A stretch of 64,000 nucleotides of DNA, from the UHGV virus genome UHGV-1368192. One strand, 5' to 3'. Position numbers and translations under genes: made by a program. Positions 47,053-55,838 of the stretch are shown here, piece after piece. The DNA comes from a virus. The notes below the pieces were generated by a model. It was not told the origin of the DNA. It did not search any database and saw only the letters and a program-made list of their open reading frames with translations. Numbering within the stretch: the first letter of the stretch is position 1; every line of letters starts with the position of its first letter.

Positions 47053-47512
47053 CGCCAGCGACGATTACCATGGGGAGCACGATGAGAATGAAGAACATGA
47101 TAGCGTGGATCACGTGGATCTTATTGCTCTTCTCTACCCACATCTTGTCGGTGATACAGAAGAAGCGGTCGAGCTTACGCTTCCAGTCTTCTACATAGAA
47201 CTCGCCGTTGTAGTACTTCTTGAAGCGACGTACTTCACCGTCTTGTCCTGCGATCCAGTACTTCTCTGTGCCATCTTCCATCTTGGCCACAAGACCAAGG
47301 CGACCATCTGGCCACTGCTTAGGCTCGACACCAGTCTGGTTGACCCAGCTGAAGTATACCTCCTGGTTGAGCTTAGCGCCATTAGGATCGATCTGCTCTA
47401 CCTTGATATCCTCAGCCTTCAGAGGGATGAACCCTTCACGCTTGACAGTTGTACCGTCAGGACCTGCAGCACTGATAGGGTCCTCGATGACCCTTACATA
47501 TTTCTTTGCCAT
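47018..47512 (-). CDS. hypothetical protein with a C-terminal transmembrane helix (164 aa)
   Basis: C-terminus IHAIMFFILIVLPMVIVAGGGAWWL. Confidence 0.5.
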   Translation of the reverse strand: MAKKYVRVIEDPISAAGPDGTTVKREGFIPLKAEDIKVEQIDPNGAKLNQEVYFSWVNQTGVEPKQWPDGRLGLVAKMEDGTEKYWIAGQDGEVRRFKKYYNGEFYVEDWKRKLDRFFCITDKMWVEKSNKIHVIHAIMFFILIVLPMVIVAGGGAWWLRSIFN

Positions 47513-47578
47513 ACTCTATATAATGAAGTGATACCCTTTGGCTCTTCCTCAGGGACTATGGCCACAAAGTTAACACTT

Positions 47579-47839
47579 CTATAGGGACATGAGGAGAGCA
47601 AAGAGAATACCTAAGGCATCACATGCAAGATCCTTCTTGTCAAAGTAGCCTCCACGCTTAGCATCCCAGACCTCCTTAGCTACTGATACTACTGCCGAGA
47701 TGGCGATAGCCACCCAGAGGCCCGCTACAAGGCTCACAATCTTCGTCAGTGAGGCGATCGCTACAAAGTGGAGGCATCCATCCACCCCGATGTTTTTAAC
47801 GCACCACAGGGCGATTCTGTCGGTTAGTGACTGTTTCAT
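47579..47839 (-). CDS. small membrane protein (holin-like?)
   Basis: 86 aa with two predicted transmembrane segments. Confidence 0.4.
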   Translation of the reverse strand: MKQSLTDRIALWCVKNIGVDGCLHFVAIASLTKIVSLVAGLWVAIAISAVVSVAKEVWDAKRGGYFDKKDLACDALGILFALLMSL

Positions 47840-47842
47840 TGT

Positions 47843-48307
47843 TTATAATCCTTGCTTAATCTTTCCGATATGAATGATGTCGTACACGTCTTCTATTAGA
47901 ATGGCCTTCTCTATTGTCCAGTCTTTGTGGTCCTTTCTCAGCCACATGCTTTTTGAGGATGCTTGTTTAGCCTGTAGACCTGTCTCAGCCTTTACAAGCT
48001 GGTATCTGTAGAGATCCTTGTAATCGCCATTTAGACACTGAGTGTATATTGACATCTTTACAAGGTAGAGTCTTTCGCCTCCAGCTTCTAGGATTTTATC
48101 GTCTATAAGCTTAAAGCCATCCATTTTGTACTTAAAGCTCATACCCGAGCTACTGTATATCTGGTGCTGATCTCTAATCTCGGACTCGATAGTAATTCTC
48201 TGAGTTTCCCATTGGCATACCACTGCGTAGGTTCTTGCTTTCTCACTGTCCCCTATTTTTACCTCTACAATTTGTAGTGCGTATGGGACCTTTCTTCCTT
48301 CTTCCAT
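47843..48307 (-). CDS. hypothetical protein (154 aa)
   Basis: ORF with 3 nt spacing. Confidence 0.5.
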   Translation of the reverse strand: MEEGRKVPYALQIVEVKIGDSEKARTYAVVCQWETQRITIESEIRDQHQIYSSSGMSFKYKMDGFKLIDDKILEAGGERLYLVKMSIYTQCLNGDYKDLYRYQLVKAETGLQAKQASSKSMWLRKDHKDWTIEKAILIEDVYDIIHIGKIKQGL

Positions 48308-48316
48308 ATCTTAGCT

Positions 48317-48637
48317 CTATTCCTCGTTATCTTCTTGTAGGATCTGCTTTAGCAGCATCTCCCGGTCCTTGTTGATTAGGTCGGTGAGTTCAGGGTCGGT
48401 GCGACTTGCTCCTCGTCCTACCCAGCTACCGATAACCTCTCCAATGTAGTTCTCGCCTTTTGCCTTGATGGTTCGCATTAAGAAGGCTACCCATACTCCC
48501 TCTTCCTCAGGTCCAGGTATTACCTGAAGAACATGCCGGTATTCCACGATAACGTTTCCAAGCTTGAACTGAGCCATCTTAAAGAATGACTGTATATGCT
48601 GGTTTCCTGCTTTTAGCTCTAAATCTTTCATTTCCAT
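48317..48637 (-). CDS. hypothetical protein (106 aa)
   Basis: ORF only. Confidence 0.5.
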   Translation of the reverse strand: MEMKDLELKAGNQHIQSFFKMAQFKLGNVIVEYRHVLQVIPGPEEEGVWVAFLMRTIKAKGENYIGEVIGSWVGRGASRTDPELTDLINKDREMLLKQILQEDNEE

Positions 48638-48737
48638 CTTGGTTTACGTCTTATACTAAATTAACCTCACCCTCCTCATTGGGTATTAGTCTTTGAGGAA
48701 GATGAGGTTGGTTATACTTCTGTTGTTAGTCTCTGTC

Positions 48738-49139
48738 TTATATGTTTATACTAGTCAGCATCACATCGTTATATGTGAGTCCGATGATAGCGTTATCGTA
48801 GCCCTCGTCATAGCTATAGAGGTCTAATGGGATAAAGATAGATGGTCCATTATCAGGTGCTATTCTAACACCTATGCCTCCCTGTGGCACAATAGAGTCC
48901 TTGATGTTCTTTAGGTTGAGGTAGAACTTCAAGCCCTTGAGGAAGCGGATATCTTCCTTGATTCCACTAAAGTCAAAGTAGCCATCTTCTCTATCCTCCT
49001 TGATCCCATACAGCTCACCATTCTCGTGTCGCATGTTCAAACCGCGCCCATCTACTGACTCTATGTAGAGGGGGCCAAAGGCTACTTGCTGAGACTTAGG
49101 CAGCTTCTTGAGGAGGCTGTCGTAGTGATCTATTAACAT
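48738..49139 (-). CDS. hypothetical protein (133 aa)
   Basis: ORF only. Confidence 0.5.
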   Translation of the reverse strand: MLIDHYDSLLKKLPKSQQVAFGPLYIESVDGRGLNMRHENGELYGIKEDREDGYFDFSGIKEDIRFLKGLKFYLNLKNIKDSIVPQGGIGVRIAPDNGPSIFIPLDLYSYDEGYDNAIIGLTYNDVMLTSINI

Positions 49140-49188
49140 ATTTCCTGTGGTTTATAAATGAGAATAGCCGACCTCATGGCCGGCTGTG

Positions 49189-49260
49189 TACCCCGAGATG
49201 GAATCGAACCATCATCGTAAGTTTAGGAAACTTATGTTCTATCCGTTGAACTATCGGGGC
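49189..49260 (-). tRNA. tRNA-Arg (anticodon CCT)
   Basis: The minus strand reads GCCCCGA-TA-GTTC-AACGGATA-GAAC-A-TAAGT-TTCCTAA-ACTTA-CGAT-GATGG-TTCGATT-CCATC-TCGGGGT-A. This gives a complete cloverleaf of 72 nt. The GGTTCGATTCC T-arm is present. No CCA is encoded. Confidence 0.8.
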
Positions 49261-49394
49261 TTGTGCGGGCCACCTCCATTATGGCTAAGAGGTAAGCCCG
49301 CGTCGTGTAATCACTCAAATGGAACCAATGCAAAGATAGCGCGTTTAGCGATATGAGCAACACAGGTGCGCCCATCTTTGCTTTTTGAGTGATC

Positions 49395-49787
49395 TTAGTC
49401 TACAAGGATTCTCTGCCCCACGTCTGTGCTGACGTAGGTAGCTGAGTCGACTCGCTCCTCAACGATGCGACCATCATCCTTGCGGACTATGAAGTAGTAT
49501 CGCGTCTCTCTGCGCTCTATACGTTGTTCTAGTTGTTTTGCATCCCAGTTGTACATATACCCTGAGGGCACGAAGGTCTTGTCCATGACCTCAGCGTTTG
49601 ACTCAGGTGTTGTGATGGCTACTATGGTGAACGGTGCGAACAAGGCGATTAGCGCTGATGTAATCATTATTGCTGTGTATTTCTTGTCCTGCTTCACTGT
49701 CGTCAATGTACCCCCGATCATCACAGCACAGGTTATGCAGACGGCTAAGGGCACAAAAATTGATAGGAAAATCAGTAAGTCTCGCAT
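49395..49787 (-). CDS. membrane-anchored protein, paralog of 50993..51292
   Basis: Two N-terminal transmembrane helices. The C-terminus YYFIVRKDDGRIVEERVDSATYVSTDVGQRILVD is shared with the paralog. Confidence 0.5.
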   Translation of the reverse strand: MRDLLIFLSIFVPLAVCITCAVMIGGTLTTVKQDKKYTAIMITSALIALFAPFTIVAITTPESNAEVMDKTFVPSGYMYNWDAKQLEQRIERRETRYYFIVRKDDGRIVEERVDSATYVSTDVGQRILVD

Positions 49788-50350
49788 TGGTCTATATTAT
49801 TAGAACTTGATACTATTTCTAGTCTCAAGTAAAACTTATGGATACATCATCCCCTAGGCAATTTAATAGGTATTGAGGAAAGACATATAAGTAGAAGAAC
49901 ATATTATTCCTTTCCTCATTAAACGCGCGCGCGAGGCGCATTTTCGGGCGAACCCGAACCTAATTAAATTGCGCATAGGGGGATGGCTTCTTAGCCCCAA
50001 GGGTGAGGTACCACTATGGTATCCAATCCTCAACCTCTCGGCTGTCTCTCTTCCTCAGGCAACACGTACCCAATGTCGATTGACACTCTACTCTTTATCT
50101 AATCAGGCCTGAGTAGTAGTATTAGCTCTCTTTAGGTCTGGCCAAACCTAGACGGCGGATCACTTTACCAGCCGGCCACCTATCCGTCAATTTTATATCC
50201 CCTGGGTTACTACCCAAAGCTCCTGGTGGCGTTCATTCTCCCACAGGACGTTCGATGTACACCGTTGAATGGGAGGGGAATCTCCAACTATCCACCGCCC
50301 TTGGGATGCCGTACACTTCTGTACCTCCTAGGCGGCCTCATTGCTGGGCC
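49788..50350 (-). ncRNA. candidate large structured non-coding RNA or long structured leader (ORF-free, GC-elevated)
   Basis: About 560 nt carries no ORF above 60 aa on either strand. It contains many local hairpins, for example TTGAGGAAAG..CCTTTCCTCA at 49873-49918. An exact TACCTTTG box at 50355-50362 points leftward into it. A tRNA lies about 530 nt downstream on the same strand. Confidence 0.3.
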
Positions 50351-50354
50351 ACCA

Positions 50355-50362
50355 CAAAGGTA
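50355..50362 (-). promoter_or_regulatory. Bacteroidetes-type -7 box TACCTTTG directing leftward transcription into the ORF-free region
   Basis: The plus strand reads CAAAGGTA. No coding sequence follows for about 560 nt. Confidence 0.4.
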
Positions 50363-50416
50363 TGAAGAATATCTGGGACTTGAGGAAGAGAGAGTAGGTG
50401 AATCTGGCTGTTAGTC

Positions 50417-50692
50417 TTAAAACATACTCATTACGTCATCTACATACTCCTCCCAGGCGAGTTTATATCCTTCCTCAAGAGTCTTGATGCCGCCCTCCAC
50501 TAGAATGGTCTCTCCGGTGATATCCATCTTGAGGAGGCTATAGATACCCATAGAGCGTTCCATGAGGAAGTCATACCACAGGTTTGTCTCTGCGATCTTA
50601 TCGGCATCATTCGCGCTCATCCACTCTAGTGGCTTGAGGATTTGTGATAGTTGTTCTTTCTTCATAGTTGTTACTTGTTTCAATTCACGCAC
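50417..50692 (-). CDS. small protein, KEQL..PLEW..YVDDV family member 1
   Basis: Shares KEQL-x-PLEW and AW-x-YVDDV blocks with 50739..50996 and more loosely with 55199..55483. Confidence 0.45.
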   Translation of the reverse strand: MRELKQVTTMKKEQLSQILKPLEWMSANDADKIAETNLWYDFLMERSMGIYSLLKMDITGETILVEGGIKTLEEGYKLAWEEYVDDVMSMF

Positions 50693-50738
50693 CCTGGGAA
50701 TGGTGCGACCTGCTTTAGTTGTTCTCTCTTCGTGATTC

Positions 50739-50996
50739 TTACTTGAATAGGTCTAACACGTCATCGACGTAGTCATTCCAGGCTATGGCCTTAGCTTCCT
50801 TCAGCGTTGGAACGTTCCTCTTTATTAGTACTCTTGGCCCATCGCCTGTATCATCGACCATTACTGTATATGCCCCATCAACTTTAGATATTCTATACCA
50901 CCCATTGTGGAAGTCAGTGTATGCCGCTATGTCGCCGAAGCCGGCTCCATTCCACTCCAGCGGCACTAGTTCTTGTTCTAATTGTTCTTTTGTCAT
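50739..50996 (-). CDS. small protein, KEQL..PLEW..YVDDV family member 2
   Basis: Tandem paralog of 50417..50692. Confidence 0.45.
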   Translation of the reverse strand: MTKEQLEQELVPLEWNGAGFGDIAAYTDFHNGWYRISKVDGAYTVMVDDTGDGPRVLIKRNVPTLKEAKAIAWNDYVDDVLDLFK

Positions 50997-51292
50997 TTTA
51001 GTTTATTGATGTTTACTCTGTCTCCTACGTTGGTATCCATGTAGACTATCTTCGCTACTCGCTCTTCTATGACGTGCTTGTCGTCACGTTTGATTGTCAG
51101 GTAGTAGTTGTCTTCTGAGGATATCCATGCGGGCTTGACTGTCTTTTCTATTACAACACCGTTATTTCTCAGGTGCCGATCTTGCTTGTCTAGCCATCCA
51201 GCAAAGAGTAATAATATACCAAAGAATAGTATAAATATGAATCCTGGATTTTCCACCCAGAATGGGGTTTCTGTTTTATTATGTCGTCCCAT
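50993..51292 (-). CDS. membrane-anchored protein, paralog of 49395..49787
   Basis: N-terminal transmembrane helix. Conserved YYLTIKRDDKHVIEERVAKIVYMDTNVGDRV block. Confidence 0.5.
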   Translation of the reverse strand: MGRHNKTETPFWVENPGFIFILFFGILLLFAGWLDKQDRHLRNNGVVIEKTVKPAWISSEDNYYLTIKRDDKHVIEERVAKIVYMDTNVGDRVNINKLK

Positions 51293-51382
51293 ATCTCTTA
51301 TTATTAGCGTTCCACTGACTACCCCATATGAGATAGCCGGTGGTCTGCTTATTACACATATACTACTTAGTCGTAGAGAAGA

Positions 51383-51727
51383 CTAGTTAGCGATAGTATT
51401 CTTATCCTCACTCTGCTCTTCTACGCCTAGGCGCTTGAGCTGAGCGTCGATGATACTAAGCTGTAAGCCTTCCAGCTTTACAGCCATTGAGGAAGAGAGC
51501 TTAGTGGACATAGCCAGCGCTGTGATGCCGGTCATTCCTTCTGAGAAGACTCTTGCCGTAGCTGCTGGATCCTCCTTGTTGATGACTGCCTGGTGCATCT
51601 TCATGAAGAAGTCCATAGTTGCGTCAGCGAGCTCCTCTGCCTGCTTAGCTACATCGATGAAGTTCTCTGTCTTTGTTTTGCTTGCTTCCAGCTCCTTGAT
51701 ACGGAGCTCCTTTTCTTCTTGCGTCAT
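51383..51727 (-). CDS. hypothetical helical protein (114 aa)
   Basis: ORF only. Confidence 0.45.
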   Translation of the reverse strand: MTQEEKELRIKELEASKTKTENFIDVAKQAEELADATMDFFMKMHQAVINKEDPAATARVFSEGMTGITALAMSTKLSSSMAVKLEGLQLSIIDAQLKRLGVEEQSEDKNTIAN

Positions 51728-51733
51728 TGTTTG

Positions 51734-52234
51734 TTAGTTAGATTGAGTTTCGACTGTGATCTTGATCTCCTTACGACCAAGGATGAATCGGTCTACGATA
51801 GAGTCCTCTAGGAAAGCTACGATAGGTGTATCCTTGATAGAGATGACTCTTTCTTCGTGGTCCCCTTCCTCATAGTCCTTGATGAACTTCACCGCTAAGG
51901 CGTAGGCTGCGTGGAAGTCCTCTACGGAGAGGAAGAGCTTGCGTGTGGTGCTCTTAGTCACCACACCCATATCGTTGATCGCGTCCACCTGGTAGGTCGC
52001 TAAGTAGAACTCTGGTGTCTGGTGCTCCTGTAGTTTCTTCTGTTCAAGTTCAGCCTTGACGACCTTGAGAGAGTCGATCTTCAGGCTGTCGAGCTTGTAG
52101 TCTTGCTGATACGTGACCCATTTGATGACCAGCGCCTCAGCGAAGGCGTAGTTAGGTGCTTCGACGAGGTAAGACTCGGACATCTTCTCATCAAAGGTGG
52201 TCTCATACGAGACCTTAGCTTGGAATAGCTTCAT
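51734..52234 (-). CDS. hypothetical protein (166 aa)
   Basis: ORF only. Confidence 0.5.
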   Translation of the reverse strand: MKLFQAKVSYETTFDEKMSESYLVEAPNYAFAEALVIKWVTYQQDYKLDSLKIDSLKVVKAELEQKKLQEHQTPEFYLATYQVDAINDMGVVTKSTTRKLFLSVEDFHAAYALAVKFIKDYEEGDHEERVISIKDTPIVAFLEDSIVDRFILGRKEIKITVETQSN

Positions 52235-52322
52235 TTGATTTTGTGTTTAGAGTTATACTTTCCCATTGCTGGGGTTCATAAGTTCTAGAAGATTCTCTTT
52301 AATTTATGAGAATTGAAGAGGA

Positions 52323-52538
52323 TTACTCATCTCTCTCCTCCTCAGGATTGAGGGTCTCGGAGATCCATAACAGCTCATCTTCGATGTGAGGAGAGCGATG
52401 TACTCTCCTCTCCCTACCATCGGTGACATCGCCTTCTATGTTGATCATAGAGTGTACCACCTCGATGGTTGTCTCGAAGTAGTCCATTGTTGCACCGCGG
52501 ACCTTATCGATCGTTATCGTTGCGATTCTTTGCTTCAT
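52323..52538 (-). CDS. hypothetical small protein (71 aa)
   Basis: ORF. Overlaps the next gene by 35 nt. Confidence 0.35.
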   Translation of the reverse strand: MKQRIATITIDKVRGATMDYFETTIEVVHSMINIEGDVTDGRERRVHRSPHIEDELLWISETLNPEEERDE

Positions 52539-53301
52539 ACGATTTGAGTCTTCTTCTCAATTCAGATATGGTGCTATATAGACCACTAAAAGCTTCGTGT
52601 GCAGTATGGACATACATTGGGCCGATCTTCTCATCTTTGAACATAGTCTTTTCTGCTAGTCCCTTATCTATTGTTGTTGTTGCTATGTATAGATGTGGGT
52701 AGAGGCTTTTAGTCTTCAGCTCCAGGCTTACCGTTTTACCTTCGATCGAAGTGGAGACGTTGATAATCTCTGAATCTTCCAGTTCCTCTACCTCCATGGT
52801 GATCGGTTCCCGCATCTCCATCTTCATTAGGTAGTCTTTGGCCGTTTGTAGCTCCAGCCGTCTTAATTGACTAGCCGACAGCTTCTCTGGCTCGTAGACT
52901 CCTGGTATCTCCGGAATCTCGATAGGCTTGAGTCCTGGTATCTCCTTTCTTGAGATCTTGATGCACTTGCTCTTCTCATCCTGGTAGACGTTGTACAATT
53001 TCCTGAGGAAGGGTGTGATGATCAGGCTTATCTCAAGAGGAGAGAGCTTCTGCATATCTAGCGTATACATCGTATCTCTTCTATTCTTATAGGCCACCTC
53101 AGTCCATATAGGCTCCTCTGAGAGTGTCAAAACGTATGGGTGATTATACCGCCTTACGTGGTCTAAGATCTCGCCTTGTAGGGCCTCTACGAGCCACTCA
53201 CGGCAATCCCATACAGGTCTATTGCCTTCGTACTTCTTGATAGGCCATAGCTCCTCTATCATGGTGAATTCCCTACACTCAGGGATTATGTTCTCATTCA
53301 T
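52504..53301 (-). CDS. hypothetical protein (265 aa)
   Basis: ORF only. Confidence 0.5.
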   Translation of the reverse strand: MNENIIPECREFTMIEELWPIKKYEGNRPVWDCREWLVEALQGEILDHVRRYNHPYVLTLSEEPIWTEVAYKNRRDTMYTLDMQKLSPLEISLIITPFLRKLYNVYQDEKSKCIKISRKEIPGLKPIEIPEIPGVYEPEKLSASQLRRLELQTAKDYLMKMEMREPITMEVEELEDSEIINVSTSIEGKTVSLELKTKSLYPHLYIATTTIDKGLAEKTMFKDEKIGPMYVHTAHEAFSGLYSTISELRRRLKSYEAKNRNDNDR

Positions 53302-53511
53302 AGTTGTTTCTTTTGATTTGCCCCTGAGGAGAGGATAGTGTCCCTTCCTCAGGATCTATTACTTCTTCTTTGTTCTGCCCTCGCCACCGCACAGATGAAT
53401 GTGAGGATAACAAAAGCTCTTACTTCTGTGGGGTATCCACTCGCCAGGATCAAATAAATGCCCTGTATGAAGAGATAAAGCCTTATGAGGTCTATCATAC
53501 TACTCATACCG

Positions 53512-53673
53512 TTGGAGGCGCATACAGACGGCTGCAGATAGGCACATGGCTACCTGAGTAATGCCGGTGATCATGTCGGTCTCAAAGAACACCACAGCGC
53601 TAAGCCCTGCGATGAAGGAGATGAGCACCATGGCGATAGAGCGTAGTAGCTCGTTGCGATTCTTTCTTGTCAT
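53512..53673 (-). CDS. small hydrophobic protein (53 aa), not in the ORF track
   Basis: The minus strand reads ATG ACA AGA AAG.. MTRKNRNELLRSIAMVLISFIAGLSAVVFFETDMITGITQVAMCLSAAVCMRLQRYE. Its start lies 6 nt after the stop of the upstream gene. Confidence 0.3.
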
Positions 53674-53678
53674 ATCTT

Positions 53679-54260
53679 TTACTTTCTCTTATTTAGCTTC
53701 TCTGCTACCTCTTTGATGAAGAACTCCCTGAACTCAGGTAGACGCTCAAGGATGTAGGTCAGCATGCTCGCTACCCTGCTTGGTGGTACTCCATCTTCGA
53801 TCTCTTGCTTGATATTGGTATCCCCGATCCCGTTTATTCTGATTTCCCTTACCTCATTTTGATGGTCGTATTTTATCTCTATGTATCCTCGCGCTATCAT
53901 TCTTACCTCATTTGGCTTTTCCTTCGCAAGATCCTCGATATCCACATTGATGCTGATGTCTCTCATCCAGATTGACTCTCCAACACGTAATACTCCTGAG
54001 AGCTGTAGCATCTCCATGATTGCTGTCATTCGTAATAGCTCGGATTCCATGCGCTGTATTTTCCTAACGCATGATGCTATATACTCATAGGCTCGTCTCT
54101 GATGCCTATCGAGCATGTAGTAGTCTAAGCCAACACCACAGACTCTCGCGATCTCTTGCGCCTTTTTCTTCCGGTTCTTTCTCTTCCTTTGTTCGATTGG
54201 GCTCTTTTTTCTGTAAATCTCCTGTGCCTCGGAGACTAGGTGAATTAATTCCATATCCAT
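53679..54260 (-). CDS. hypothetical protein (193 aa), basic N-terminus
   Basis: ORF only. Confidence 0.5.
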   Translation of the reverse strand: MDMELIHLVSEAQEIYRKKSPIEQRKRKNRKKKAQEIARVCGVGLDYYMLDRHQRRAYEYIASCVRKIQRMESELLRMTAIMEMLQLSGVLRVGESIWMRDISINVDIEDLAKEKPNEVRMIARGYIEIKYDHQNEVREIRINGIGDTNIKQEIEDGVPPSRVASMLTYILERLPEFREFFIKEVAEKLNKRK

Positions 54261-54269
54261 ATTCTTGCC

Positions 54270-54863
54270 TTATTTACTTAACCACTTCTCTACGCGCTGG
54301 ATGAACTCTGCTTCAAACTTGTCGAACTCTTGTAGGGTGAAGTCAAGAATATCCTTAATCTCACCATACGATAGACCTCTTGGTCCATTCTTACTTATTG
54401 ATATCGGTTTATTCTGATATACACGGAAGGTGCAAACTCCGTAGTTAGGCACATGCTTCGATATCTCTATCCACGTGTGTGTTGGCCCTCCCACTTGATC
54501 GTTCTTTCTCTGTCTTATCGTCATTGGTGGTGCCTCCCATTCTATCCCTTTTCGCCCTAGCACACTATCCAGCGACATTATATTTTTGTCTACTAGATCT
54601 CTAGATATTTTGCAGATGACTGTCATTCTTCCTCTCAGCTTATGGACTTTGAGGAGAGATGATGCCATCTTTTGGACAGTAACTCTCATCTGCTTTGACG
54701 CTAAGGCATAGTAGACCTCGGTGTCCAGCATTTTCTTGATCTGGTTTTCCGTGTTGCGCCTGTGGTCTTCCTTGAGCTTTTCTGCAGCCTGTATGTTTAC
54801 GGCTTTCTCGGAGACGCTTATGGATAGATGTATTAGTCTATCCAGCTTCTTATCTTTCGCCAT
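54270..54863 (-). CDS. hypothetical protein (197 aa)
   Basis: ORF only. Confidence 0.5.
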   Translation of the reverse strand: MAKDKKLDRLIHLSISVSEKAVNIQAAEKLKEDHRRNTENQIKKMLDTEVYYALASKQMRVTVQKMASSLLKVHKLRGRMTVICKISRDLVDKNIMSLDSVLGRKGIEWEAPPMTIRQRKNDQVGGPTHTWIEISKHVPNYGVCTFRVYQNKPISISKNGPRGLSYGEIKDILDFTLQEFDKFEAEFIQRVEKWLSK

Positions 54864-54909
54864 AGCTTATACTATTAAAGGCCCCCTCGTGCTTGAGGAG
54901 GCCCAGATT

Positions 54910-55206
54910 CTACTTGACTTGTTCAAACTCTTCCTTGAGTTCAGTACTATTGAACACACCGAACAGCCCTGATTCTTGGCTATAGAGGAAGTGATCACCC
55001 TTCTTGAGCTCTAACTGTCGACCGTAGAAAATAAAGAAGAGGCTTTGTGCATCTTCTATCACTATTGTATTTGAGCCTAGACGCACGAAAATACCCATCT
55101 TATTGTCTGGGTCGTTCAAGATATCGTGAAACTCCTTTAGGTTCTTACCGGTGTACTGTAGCCCCTTGAAGGTGATACCATCCTTGTTCTTATATGTCTT
55201 AACCAT
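54910..55206 (-). CDS. hypothetical protein (98 aa)
   Basis: ORF only. Confidence 0.45.
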   Translation of the reverse strand: MVKTYKNKDGITFKGLQYTGKNLKEFHDILNDPDNKMGIFVRLGSNTIVIEDAQSLFFIFYGRQLELKKGDHFLYSQESGLFGVFNSTELKEEFEQVK

Positions 55207-55483
55207 TCTTTGATTGCTTTAGTGTATGATAGATTTCGTCTGCTACCCATTCCTTGACTTCCTTTTCCATCTCTGGGAAGGTCTTGCCTGTGCAGATCTC
55301 TGTTGAGTATCCTGGGTGAATGGCGTTTGCTATCCATCCCTCTGCAAATGGATCTCTAACTGCTAAGATCCGCATTCCCCATACTGGGTCCCATACGCAT
55401 CTCGTAGTTCCGGTCTCCTTACCAGCTGGGCTTACCCACTCTGGGTCTTTCAGCTGTTCCTTGATTTGTTCCTTGGTGATCAT
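55199..55483 (-). CDS. small protein, distant member of the KEQL..PEW family
   Basis: N-terminus MITKEQIKEQLKDPEW. C-terminus EVKEWVADEIY. Confidence 0.4.
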   Translation of the reverse strand: MITKEQIKEQLKDPEWVSPAGKETGTTRCVWDPVWGMRILAVRDPFAEGWIANAIHPGYSTEICTGKTFPEMEKEVKEWVADEIYHTLKQSKNG

Positions 55484-55527
55484 AGTCGTTGCTTATTAGT
55501 GGTTGAGGAGGAGATAGTATATCTCCC

Positions 55528-55818
55528 CTACTGATTTAGTATGAGGTTTTTATGATGCTCTCTGCAGATATCTAGGCCCTCTTCTACGGTTTTGCATTTC
55601 GTTCCAAAGAGCTCCAATGGTGATACGATCATAGCTTCATCATCTCGGACCATTACTTCATAGAGAACATCGAGGTCTGATTGTGCGTAGTAGTTGTAAC
55701 TTCTTATGTATGGGTACTCCTTGAATCGTAGTGGTTGGTGTCCCCTTAGTTCATCTTTATCCATAGGTCTCTGTATTAACAAAGCATCCCCAGCCTTCCT
55801 ATAGAGAGCCGGGGACAC
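55528..55818 (-). CDS. hypothetical protein (96 aa)
   Basis: ORF only. Confidence 0.45.
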   Translation of the reverse strand: MSPALYRKAGDALLIQRPMDKDELRGHQPLRFKEYPYIRSYNYYAQSDLDVLYEVMVRDDEAMIVSPLELFGTKCKTVEEGLDICREHHKNLILNQ

Positions 55819-55838
55819 CTTTATTGTTAGTTACTATC

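Noticed and set aside
50166-50175. Shared 10-mer TACCAGCCGG between the ORF-free region (50166-50175) and the GC island (62423-62432), suggesting a common element
   Set aside because: A single 10-mer match between a roughly 600 nt and a 330 nt GC-rich segment is within chance expectation. No longer shared block was found.
53370-53561. Plus-strand 63 aa ORF in the 53302-53678 gap
   Set aside because: It is antisense to a better-placed small minus-strand membrane ORF and goes against the uniform gene orientation of the block.
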